The notes beneath the pieces are model-generated. The model made no database searches and had not been told where the DNA came from. It was given only the letters and a program-made list of their open reading frames with translations. From an archaeon (lineage in GTDB: Archaea > Iainarchaeota > Iainarchaeia > Iainarchaeales > 0-14-0-20-34-12), in NCBI GenBank assembly GCA_038046645.1, contig JBBSVU010000012.1:1-16410 (forward strand): a stretch of DNA of 16,410 nt, in the 5' to 3' direction. Shown piece by piece: positions 1 through 7,247 of the stretch. How positions within the stretch are numbered: position 1 is the stretch's first letter; the number at the start of each line of letters is the position of its first letter. The translations under genes were made by a program, and so were the position numbers.

Positions 1-56
1 ATAATAAGCACAGAGATTATTGCTGTAAAAACAATGTACTTAAGCTTTCTATCCAT
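1..56 (-). CDS. 5' fragment of a membrane-anchored or secreted protein (runs off the left edge)
   Basis: ATG at 56-54 preceded by AAGGA; translates MDRKLKYIVFTAIISVLI, a basic N-terminus followed by a hydrophobic stretch. Confidence 0.6.
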   Translation of the reverse strand, partial: MDRKLKYIVFTAIISVLI

Positions 57-222
57 ATTATTCCTTTCTTATTTTGATTTTCAAAACTTAATCTGATAGT
101 TGATCTCAAAAGACATTAATTTTGGTAATTTTTTAGTGTCTTTTGATATAATTATATTTATTTTATTTTTTTGGTTTTGTTTTAGTGCCACAGCAGCCCA
201 TATTGTCACCCCAGCATTTGCC

Positions 223-1143
223 TTATCCCAATTCCCAAATAAATATCCTTTCCGGTTCGTTATATAAATTCTTCATGATCAATTTCATTGATTTTGCTCC
301 CTGGCTTATTTTTGGAAATGTTAATGTGCCTGAAATATGGTGCCCGCCAATAGGGCCTGTCCAGAGCAGTGCTGGATAAGAATTGCCTTTATCATCGTAT
401 AGCGTGGATATCTTGGCAAAATCATAATCCAAAGAGCCTGAGTGGGTTGTAAATTTAACCCCAAAATTTATTTCTTTGCCAAAAGAGAAATTTGCTGGCG
501 TTATATCCACCTGGAGGCTGTTTGCATTGTTTGTTTTTGTGGCCAATTGCAATGCCGCTTCATTTGTTGTTGCATTGCCCGTTGATTCAGATTGGGGCAT
601 TGTTGCAAATAATATTATTGCATACAGCAAAAGTATTGCAACACCAGCCATAATTGCTATTTTCTTTGCAGAATTCATGTTTATTGCTTTAAAAATGCCA
701 TGGGAACTTAGTTTATTTTTTTGAATTACCTCTAGCATCATCAATATTCCAATTGTGCTTGAAAATATCCCAAGAAGCATAAACAGTGTTTGATATTGTA
801 TCAAAAAGATGGTTGCTGCAGACAAGCCTATTATTGGCAGCACATCAGTTATGTGGTGCAGGCAGCACAATATCATGGATGTTGTGGAAACACCAGCACT
901 TGCTGCAGCGGTCTTGCTCGACATCTTGCGATGTTTTGCAATTAATGCACCCTTAGCCCAGAAGTATAATGCTACTTGAATGCCAAATGCTATGATAAGT
1001 GTCAATATCCAAGGTAAGAAAGTAATAAATTGTTCAATTGCATGCGGCAGCGAATTAAGTACGGTTAGGATTCCCATGTATAAAATAAAAAGCAAAAAGG
1101 ATGCCAGTGCGCCCAAAAAAATAGGTTTGTTTACAAAAGACAA
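223..1143 (-). CDS. Multi-pass membrane protein with CCxHH motif fused to a C-terminal His-containing extracytoplasmic domain; putative heavy-metal (Cu-type) handling protein
   Basis: 306 aa; TTG start with GGTGA SD upstream; about 5 hydrophobic helices; SMILCCLHH motif; C-terminal soluble domain with THSG and GGHH. Confidence 0.7.
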   Translation of the reverse strand: MSFVNKPIFLGALASFLLFILYMGILTVLNSLPHAIEQFITFLPWILTLIIAFGIQVALYFWAKGALIAKHRKMSSKTAAASAGVSTTSMILCCLHHITDVLPIIGLSAATIFLIQYQTLFMLLGIFSSTIGILMMLEVIQKNKLSSHGIFKAINMNSAKKIAIMAGVAILLLYAIILFATMPQSESTGNATTNEAALQLATKTNNANSLQVDITPANFSFGKEINFGVKFTTHSGSLDYDFAKISTLYDDKGNSYPALLWTGPIGGHHISGTLTFPKISQGAKSMKLIMKNLYNEPERIFIWELG

Positions 1144-1177
1144 AATTTCACCAGCTTTTCAATAAGTAACTAAAAAA

Positions 1178-1203
1178 TGACATATCTAAAATTAGATATA
1201 TCA
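1178..1203. promoter_or_regulatory. Palindromic operator in the divergent promoter (candidate PadR site)
   Basis: TGAcATATCTAA-aa-TTAGATATaTCA (11 of 12 bp inverted repeat) between divergent genes. Confidence 0.6.
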
Positions 1204-1219
1204 AAAAATATATAAACTG

Positions 1220-1660
1220 ATGCCTGAAGAGTATATTAATATGGAAGTGAATATAGGAAGCATACTGAAGTTTTACACAATACTTCTGCTCAATGAAGGC
1301 CCTAAATGCGGTTATGCCCTTATAAAAGAGCTTAGTGTAAAAACAGGCAAGGGAGTGAGCGCAAGCCAAGTGTATCCCTTTCTAAAGCAGTTGCAGAAGA
1401 ATAAGCTGATAACAATAAAAAAGGAAGGGGCAAGGGAAAAAAAGGTATTTGTGCTTACAAAAAAAGGCCAGGCATTTATAACTAAAATACTGTCAAGATT
1501 TGGCGATCTTTTATATATTGCGATAGAACCCAAATTGCACATATGTGCAAACTGTGGGTGCAAAGTTTTTGAAGGCGGCTATAAAGAATCAATAAGGGGA
1601 AAGATGCTTGCATTCTGCTGCCAGCATTGCGCAGCATCATATAAAAAATATTTGGAATAG
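1220..1660 (+). CDS. PadR-family transcriptional regulator with C-terminal TRASH/YHS-like metal-binding domain
   Basis: PadR wHTH pattern (ILLLNEGPKCGYALIKEL...SQVYPFLKQL...REKKVFVLTKKG); C-terminal CANCG...FCCQHC; alternative start ATG at 1241. Confidence 0.85.
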   Translation: MPEEYINMEVNIGSILKFYTILLLNEGPKCGYALIKELSVKTGKGVSASQVYPFLKQLQKNKLITIKKEGAREKKVFVLTKKGQAFITKILSRFGDLLYIAIEPKLHICANCGCKVFEGGYKESIRGKMLAFCCQHCAASYKKYLE

Positions 1661-1689
1661 GGGGCATACTAATACGTAATTGTGATTTT

Positions 1690-2199
1690 ATGAATTCAAA
1701 CAAAAAATTGCTTTTAGGCATGGCTGCAGTAATTGCTTTTCTTTATTTAAGCTTTAATTTAGCATCACTGTTGTTAACTAATGCAACAATGACTTCATGC
1801 CCTGCTGAACCAACAGGCAGTGGAAAGTGTGAACATGAAGAGCAGCTTGATTTTTTAATTGGCGCTATTCCCCTAATAGTCAGTTTGGCTGTGGCAATAG
1901 GGGCTGGCGTTTATTATTTTATGTCAACCAAAATTGAAAAGAAGGAAAAAACCCTGAGGGATAATACTGATATACTCCTAAAATTCTTGAATCCTGACGA
2001 AAAGAAAGTTGTGAATAAGCTGATTGAAAATAACGGAAGGGCCTTGCAGGCAGAGGTAACAAGGTTGCCTGAGATGAGTAAGGTTAGGAGCCATAGGGTA
2101 ATACTCAAATTGCTTGACAAAGGCGTGATAGAAAAAGAACAAATGGGAAAAACAAATATTATAAAATTCAAGAAGGAAATAGGGGAAGGCTTGCTTTAA
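1690..2199 (+). CDS. Membrane-anchored winged-helix (MarR-like) protein
   Basis: Two TM helices flanking a loop with C-x8-CEH, then LNPDEKKVVNKLIENNGRALQAEV...SKVRSHRVILKLLDKGVIEKEQMGKTNII wHTH. Confidence 0.75.
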   Translation: MNSNKKLLLGMAAVIAFLYLSFNLASLLLTNATMTSCPAEPTGSGKCEHEEQLDFLIGAIPLIVSLAVAIGAGVYYFMSTKIEKKEKTLRDNTDILLKFLNPDEKKVVNKLIENNGRALQAEVTRLPEMSKVRSHRVILKLLDKGVIEKEQMGKTNIIKFKKEIGEGLL

Positions 2200-2248
2200 C
2201 TATGCGAGCCTGAAATCTATATCTTTTAACATTGGCATATTATTCCAC

Positions 2249-2424
2249 TCATAACGTCTGGCTTGCGTAACAAATCGTTCAAATGAAACATTATTGTCAT
2301 ATTCTAGTGAACGATTTGTTAAAGCCATTGCCTTCAGGCAATGGTATCGTATTTTTTCTTGAAACATTAACAGTATTGTTCCGCAAGCCCACCCTTTAGG
2401 CGTGTGGGTTCCCAGACGTTATGA
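2249..2424. repeat. 176-bp nested-palindrome element (MITE/REPIN-like or attC-like)
   Basis: 13-bp perfect terminal IR TCATAACGTCTGG (2249-2261)/CCAGACGTTATGA (2412-2424); inner GCTTGCG (2261-2267)/CGCAAGC (2382-2388); 14-bp IR TAACAAATCGTTCA (2268-2281)/TGAACGATTTGTTA (2308-2321); hairpins CCATTGCC-TTCA-GGCAATGG (2325-2344) and CCCAC..TTTA..GTGGG (2388-2408). Confidence 0.8.
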
Positions 2425-3399
2425 CTATCTGTTCTCATCCACTATTCTGCCGCCGCCTTCTCTGTACCTTTGCGGTGCTTTTCTTTCCCAAGGCAAGTGC
2501 TTGCCCATTTTCCTTATCCGTTTTTCCCACCATTTTCGGAATTCCTGATCTTCTTCTAATGCTTTAAAAAAAGCGCTAACATAAGGTTCATGAAATTGGT
2601 CTGGCTGCTTTGTTATTTCAGCTTCAATTTGGCTAAGTGTCATAGGTTCATTGCCATGTTTTCCAGTAGACATTCTTTCTATTCCATCAGCCAACATAAT
2701 GAGCTTTGCGGGTTCTTTAACTAAATTAGTTTTTTTAGGATAACCTCTTTCTGAATCATATTGGTGATGTTGTCTGACCGCAGTTGCAATTTCCTCTGAG
2801 GCTCCCCAGTCTTTCATAATTTCCTCTCCTTTTTCAGGGTGCTTTTTTACCCTTTCCCATTCTTTCTCAGTAAGATATTCAGTTTTCCTTAATATGTGCG
2901 TGGGAACATCTAATTTTCCAATATCATGAAATGCAGTTGCAAGTCGCATTCCTTCCTCACTTATTTCTAATTTTTTTCTTTGCTCTCTTGTTAAATTTTT
3001 GAATATTGCCATAGCTATTGGGACAACATCCTCTGCGTGCCTTACAGTCCCTAAATCTTTTGCCCTAAATGCTAACCTTACTAAAGTTTTATCATATTTG
3101 TCAGGAAGAATCCTGCCCATCAAATCTATTAACGCAAGCCTTGCCCTTCTTTTCCAAAGAAATAGATCGCCCCTAAATGTTGTTGGTCTGGTTTCATAAG
3201 CAGGGCCTTTTACATAGCCTAAGACCTCTGCATCAGTTAGGCTTTTAAGATCCTTTTCCCTCTTCTTTTCTAAATTTGTTGTATTTTTTCCCTTTTTTCT
3301 CCTGCCTTCAATCAGATATCTGCGGTGCCTTGCCCTAGCTATTTTTCTTTCTGTGGCAATTATGCCCCTAAGTTGATTTCGATTTATTCGCAGTGGCAT
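2425..3399 (-). CDS. HD-GYP-type metal-dependent phosphohydrolase with a very basic N-terminal extension
   Basis: 324 aa; RH..., FHDIGK, KHPEKG, QHHQYDSERGYP, IMLADGIERM motifs; first about 60 aa rich in Arg/Lys. Confidence 0.85.
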   Translation of the reverse strand: MPLRINRNQLRGIIATERKIARARHRRYLIEGRRKKGKNTTNLEKKREKDLKSLTDAEVLGYVKGPAYETRPTTFRGDLFLWKRRARLALIDLMGRILPDKYDKTLVRLAFRAKDLGTVRHAEDVVPIAMAIFKNLTREQRKKLEISEEGMRLATAFHDIGKLDVPTHILRKTEYLTEKEWERVKKHPEKGEEIMKDWGASEEIATAVRQHHQYDSERGYPKKTNLVKEPAKLIMLADGIERMSTGKHGNEPMTLSQIEAEITKQPDQFHEPYVSAFFKALEEDQEFRKWWEKRIRKMGKHLPWERKAPQRYREGGGRIVDENR

Positions 3400-3543
3400 A
3401 TAATTAAATTAAATGGCAAGATATAAAAAATAAGCTATAGCAAATGACCTTAATAATTGAACAATTATTGCCCATTTTAAGGATAAAAAATAAGGGTAAA
3501 AGCCCTTATTTCCCTAACAATATTAAATTCAAATCCATTTATT

Positions 3544-3598
3544 TTGTGACTCACAACGTTAGGGAACCACGGCCTTTAGGCTGTGGAGGATGTCACAA
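3544..3598 (+). mobile_element. Orphan IS200/IS605-family right-end-like hairpin
   Basis: GGGAA-CCACGGCC-TTTA-GGCTGTGG-AGGATGTCAC resembles tnpB-element right ends; framed by 7-bp IR TTGTGAC (3544-3550)/GTCACAA (3592-3598); no transposase in window. Confidence 0.6.
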
Positions 3599-3704
3599 TT
3601 AGTCTGTTGAAAAAGGGTGATATGATGAGGCTAACCTAACCCCATCCGCTTTTTTTTATTTATTCACTCACTTTTCTATTTATCCAAATAAAAAAATAAT
3701 TTTT

Positions 3705-4118
3705 TTAACAGATAATGACTTTGCCCTTTGGTTTATCCTGGAGTTCTTCCATTAATTGTGGAACAAATTCAATCTCGCCCTTTTGTTCAAGATCGGATTT
3801 CTTTATCCCATTAATCATTAAGGTTAATTTTGTCCCTTTCCTTGAAACAGGCTTCATTCCATATTTGGACTCAATCTCCAAGATTTCAGCTTTTTTGTTG
3901 TTCTCGAAGTTTGAGCACATCTTTGGGCCAACACATCCTTCTACTAATTCGCCCAAGATGCAGATATCATCCCTTCCAAAGAATTCAGTTACTTTAATGA
4001 TTTTTACTTTTCCGTTCTCAGTTAATTTATACTGAGCACCGTCATTTCTGCTTTTTACTCCACTTATTTGGTAGTTATCTACATACCCACTACCGAAGGT
4101 TAATGTAACAAGACTCAC
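3705..4118 (-). CDS. Stand-alone EF-Tu domain II-like beta-barrel protein
   Basis: ILGELVEGCVGPKM...KAEILEIES...KGTKLTLMINGIKKSDL matches the translation-factor domain II pattern; GTG at 4118 follows a GGTGA SD (the track's 4127 start overlaps the SD). Confidence 0.6.
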   Translation of the reverse strand: MSLVTLTFGSGYVDNYQISGVKSRNDGAQYKLTENGKVKIIKVTEFFGRDDICILGELVEGCVGPKMCSNFENNKKAEILEIESKYGMKPVSRKGTKLTLMINGIKKSDLEQKGEIEFVPQLMEELQDKPKGKVIIC

Positions 4119-4543
4119 AATAATCACCCTTCATTATATTATTCTGCAGTTTATCACAAATTTAAAAAATCTGTGACACTATTAATAATATACTTCATCA
4201 TTTATATTTTTATTCTTAAAAAACCAAACCATAATGCTGGCCCAGATTAACTTTTCGAACTTGGTATTTTACCTTATTTTTCAGAAAAAGGCGTTAAAAT
4301 GGCTTAAAATCGCATTATTCTGCATATTTTCTAGGCTGATTTTACTAATTTTTGGCAATTTCTGCCTTTTTCAAGCACCAAGCTGTTTTATTGCCTAAAT
4401 AGCTACTGCTGTCGAACACATATTCGTTGATTAATACTTAGGTTATGTAGCCAAAAAGTTATCAAATTAAACTAAAATTAGCTTTAGAATTAATAAGGTA
4501 TTGTTAAACTTTGTTGAGGGGTTAAAAAATAAATAATAAAAAT

Positions 4544-4565
4544 AAAGAAGGATTAATCCTTCTTT
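4544..4565 (-). terminator. Perfect 22-bp palindrome followed by a T-rich tract; likely terminator of the small Zn-ribbon gene
   Basis: AAAGAAGGATT/AATCCTTCTTT overlapping the stop codon, followed on the - strand by ATTTTTATTATTTATTTTTT. Confidence 0.55.
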
Positions 4566-4702
4566 GAAACAGGCATTCCGTCACTGTTTAATGTAAATTT
4601 ATGGTTAGGGTTTCTTGGGCACGCAAATACCCCATCTTCCCTTTGTTCAAGCAATATTGTCATCATCTTTTCTCCATAGCATTTAGGACATCCGTAAGCC
4701 AT
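4553..4702 (-). CDS. 49-aa zinc-ribbon microprotein (not in ORF track)
   Basis: AAGGTGA SD then ATG; MAYGCPKCYGEKMMTILLEQREDGVFACPRNPNHKFTLNSDGMPVSKKD*; CPxC and CPxxxxH ligand pairs. Confidence 0.8.
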   Translation of the reverse strand: MAYGCPKCYGEKMMTILLEQREDGVFACPRNPNHKFTLNSDGMPVSKKD

Positions 4703-4959
4703 AATATCACCTTTTTCCGGCTTTTATACATTTTAAAGTAATAATCTATTATCCTATCATACTGATTAAAAAATCATTCTTTTGCAAAAATTAGGCTTTT
4801 TGGCAATTATCTTAGATAAAGCATTCCATAACCAAAACTCAAAATAACCTGTAAAAAAGCTACAATAGCAATAATTCATAAAAAATTTTCATGCTGCCAT
4901 TTATGCATTTCATTAAAACTTTGCATATGGGCAATTAGTTGATTTAACAACAACCGCAT

Positions 4960-5142
4960 TTATTTTTTCTTTTTTTCTTCCTGCAATGCCTTATCGAATT
5001 CAGCTAAATCCTTTGTCCCTAACCCTAATTGCTGTAATCTCTTATGATGTTCTTCTAAAGGCATTTCACTATATTCTTCTTTCCAAACCTTCATTTCCTC
5101 TGTTTCAGGCAGAGGCTTTCCCTCTTTTTTCAAACTTCTCAT
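4960..5142 (-). CDS. Small charged helical hypothetical protein (60 aa)
   Basis: GGAGTGA SD before ATG at 5142 (MRSLKKEGKP...); Glu/Lys-rich, protein-like composition. Confidence 0.65.
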   Translation of the reverse strand: MRSLKKEGKPLPETEEMKVWKEEYSEMPLEEHHKRLQQLGLGTKDLAEFDKALQEEKKKK

Positions 5143-5254
5143 GCCTATCACTCCACAGTGCCCTAAATACACCGCTAAATTAATTAGAAGATATCCATTT
5201 ATAAATTATGATTATCTGCTTTTTAGAAATCAGGTTTTACCAAATTTTATTGAA

Positions 5255-5318
5255 TGTGCTCAGCATTGGACTCAATCATCAACTTTAGGTTCAGTTTGAT
5301 ATTCAACATCACAGCACA
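5255..5318 (-). ncRNA. Archaeal box C/D 2'-O-methylation guide sRNA
   Basis: - strand: TGTGC-T-[C: GTGATGT]-TGAATATCAAA-[D': CTGA]-ACCTAAAG-[C': TTGATGA]-TTGAGTCCAATG-[D: CTGA]-GCACA; 5-bp terminal stem, 11- and 12-nt guides; TTATAATA at 5345-5338 upstream. Confidence 0.85.
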
Positions 5319-5347
5319 AATAAATTTGGTTGGAAATTATTATAAGC

Positions 5348-6259
5348 CTAAATGATGGTGCCTTTGCCAATTATCCTCGGTTTTGCATTTATGTCAATGA
5401 TTGCAATAGGCTCATTTTTCCTTGCTGCTATTTCCTTGCCGGTTTCAACTATTAATGGATTTAATGATTTTACCAAGCAACCAACAACCTGCAGCCTGCA
5501 TTGCAGATGCAACTGCTGGTTAAGGATAAGTTCTTTTTTGCAGAATTTATTTTTCTCAAACAAGATATTGATTGTTTTTGAATTCTTGAATTCAGGATCA
5601 AGCGTTAAAACAAGCCCTCTTGAAAAGTCGTCCAAGCCAAGGCCTTTTATTGAAAGCCCTACACGGTCATTGCAATTTGCTTCTGCCCAATCTTTATCCT
5701 GTTTTTGTATTGTCTTGATGAAAACCTCGGAATTGTTTGGCCATGCCCTAACATTGCTCATTTTAACTATTTTTCCCTGTGTTAAAAATCCCAACGCAAC
5801 AGTTCCAACACCCTTAACCTCAAATAGGGAATCCAGGTCGACAATTGCCTGCCCGATTTTTTGTTTCAAATCTGCCTTTGATAAAATTTCCAGGATATCT
5901 TCCTTGTTAATTTTTTGATAATTTTTAACTGCTGAGTTTTCAATTATTTTATTAAATAAATTTCCATCAACTGTATCATCAACAATCAAGAAACCTTCTT
6001 TCTTCCCGAGTGCATCAATTGCAACAATAATTTCGCCCAAAGCTGCATCAATTTTATCTACGGCCAATAGAACATAATTTGAAAGATGCAATGCCTGCAA
6101 TAAAGAATTTACCTTTTCAGGAAATCCCTTTGGGTAAATAAAGGTTAGCACCCTGTTGTTGTGAATTCTGTGGTAAAATTCAATGTCAGAATCATGCTCT
6201 TTTTTGCCAAGCTGCTTTGCGATATCTTCATTAAAAACAGCAATATTTATCGAATCCAT
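5348..6259 (-). CDS. Archaeal SelB-like (aSelBL) elongation-factor-related protein with degenerate G domain
   Basis: LGKKEHDSDIEFY in place of a P-loop, PKGFPEK, then domain II (DSLFEVKGVGTVALG...IKTIQKQD...DRVGLSIKG...RG) and C-terminal PRIIGKG. Confidence 0.8.
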   Translation of the reverse strand: MDSINIAVFNEDIAKQLGKKEHDSDIEFYHRIHNNRVLTFIYPKGFPEKVNSLLQALHLSNYVLLAVDKIDAALGEIIVAIDALGKKEGFLIVDDTVDGNLFNKIIENSAVKNYQKINKEDILEILSKADLKQKIGQAIVDLDSLFEVKGVGTVALGFLTQGKIVKMSNVRAWPNNSEVFIKTIQKQDKDWAEANCNDRVGLSIKGLGLDDFSRGLVLTLDPEFKNSKTINILFEKNKFCKKELILNQQLHLQCRLQVVGCLVKSLNPLIVETGKEIAARKNEPIAIIDINAKPRIIGKGTII

Positions 6260-6277
6260 ATTATCCCGTGCAATTAA

Positions 6278-7240
6278 TTAGACCCACTTTTTCTTTTTTG
6301 AATATAAGTATAATGCTGATGTGGCAATTAACATTATTAATAGGGCTTCAAAAAATCCAAATGGCGAGGTTAACTCAGGTATATATTTAAAATTCATCCC
6401 GTAGATTCCTGCAATCAATGTAGGAACCATTAAAAGCAACATTAGTATTGTCAGCCTTTTCATTACTGTGTTTAAGTCATTATTTATTTTGGCTAGCTGG
6501 TTTGATACAGTTGTCTCATATATTGTTATGGCATCAATCAGGCTTTCCTTTTGTGTGCTCAAAATATCTATTTGATGTATCAAATTTTCGTAAATATCAT
6601 CCAAAGTGCGAAGGCCTTCTGAAGTAAGCTTTAATGAAGTTGTTTCCTTTTTTATTGCAAATATTATTTTAGCAGTGCTCCAAAACCTTCTTGTCATTTT
6701 ATTTAATTCTCTTTTTAGGTTAATTATGCTTTGAATATTCTTTTCATTATTATATTTTAAGGATTCCACTTCAAGCCTTGATGTGTCATCATCTATTTTT
6801 GTGAGTATGTCATAGTTCTCATTTATGTCCCTATCTAAAAAATCGTAAAATAGCCTGTTAATGTCTTTTTTCCTTTCTTTTTCAAACCTTTCACAAATCA
6901 TGTCAAAAAGACCTGAAAAATATTTTTCCCCGGTTTCAGCAATTATCACAATAGCTTTTTGGCTGATGTAAAAAAGAACATTTGATTTTGCAAGGTCGCT
7001 GCCTTCAAGGTAGTAATCAACAAGTGCGATTATGAGCGGGTCATTTGAATATTTTAACGAGCGCGTTTCTTTCGAATATCTCCCAAGATAATTATATAAT
7101 TCAAAATCCCTTTCAATGGTCCTATGTTCTTCTTCTGTTGGGTTTGTTACCAGTATCCATGTTAATTCTTCATTTTTTGGATAGTCCAATCCAGAACCTT
7201 TTTTGAATTTCTCTTTCGAATAAACCAGATATTTAAGCAT
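6278..7240 (-). CDS. corA: CorA-family divalent cation transporter
   Basis: Large soluble N-domain, then MKRLT...PTLIAGIYGMNFKYIPEL with two C-terminal TM helices (GMN signature). Confidence 0.93.
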   Translation of the reverse strand: MLKYLVYSKEKFKKGSGLDYPKNEELTWILVTNPTEEEHRTIERDFELYNYLGRYSKETRSLKYSNDPLIIALVDYYLEGSDLAKSNVLFYISQKAIVIIAETGEKYFSGLFDMICERFEKERKKDINRLFYDFLDRDINENYDILTKIDDDTSRLEVESLKYNNEKNIQSIINLKRELNKMTRRFWSTAKIIFAIKKETTSLKLTSEGLRTLDDIYENLIHQIDILSTQKESLIDAITIYETTVSNQLAKINNDLNTVMKRLTILMLLLMVPTLIAGIYGMNFKYIPELTSPFGFFEALLIMLIATSALYLYSKKKKWV

Positions 7241-7247
7241 AGGTAAT

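Noticed and set aside
2369..2380. AACAGTATTGTT shared with the TA operator (15257-15268)
   Set aside because: A single 12-mer match is plausible by chance in AT-rich DNA; outer operator arms are not shared
2325..2408. Possible CRISPR mini-array from repeated TTYA-loop hairpins
   Set aside because: Stems differ in sequence, spacing is irregular, no cas genes
3622..3628. Box C motif ATGATGA (another on the - strand near 4196-4202)
   Set aside because: No CTGA boxes at guide-length spacing
4425..4452. dif-like site or replication origin in the AT-rich intergenic region
   Set aside because: Arm and spacer geometry do not fit dif; no ORB repeats or cdc6 nearby
5352..5918. 188-aa + strand ORF and the other antisense ORFs (e.g. 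476-724, 3715-4035, 13024-13422)
   Set aside because: Shadows of well-supported genes on the opposite strand, with no recognisable motifs
5348..6259. True SelB or selenocysteine system
   Set aside because: No P-loop or other G motifs, no domain IV, no in-frame TGA evident in the hydrogenase genes
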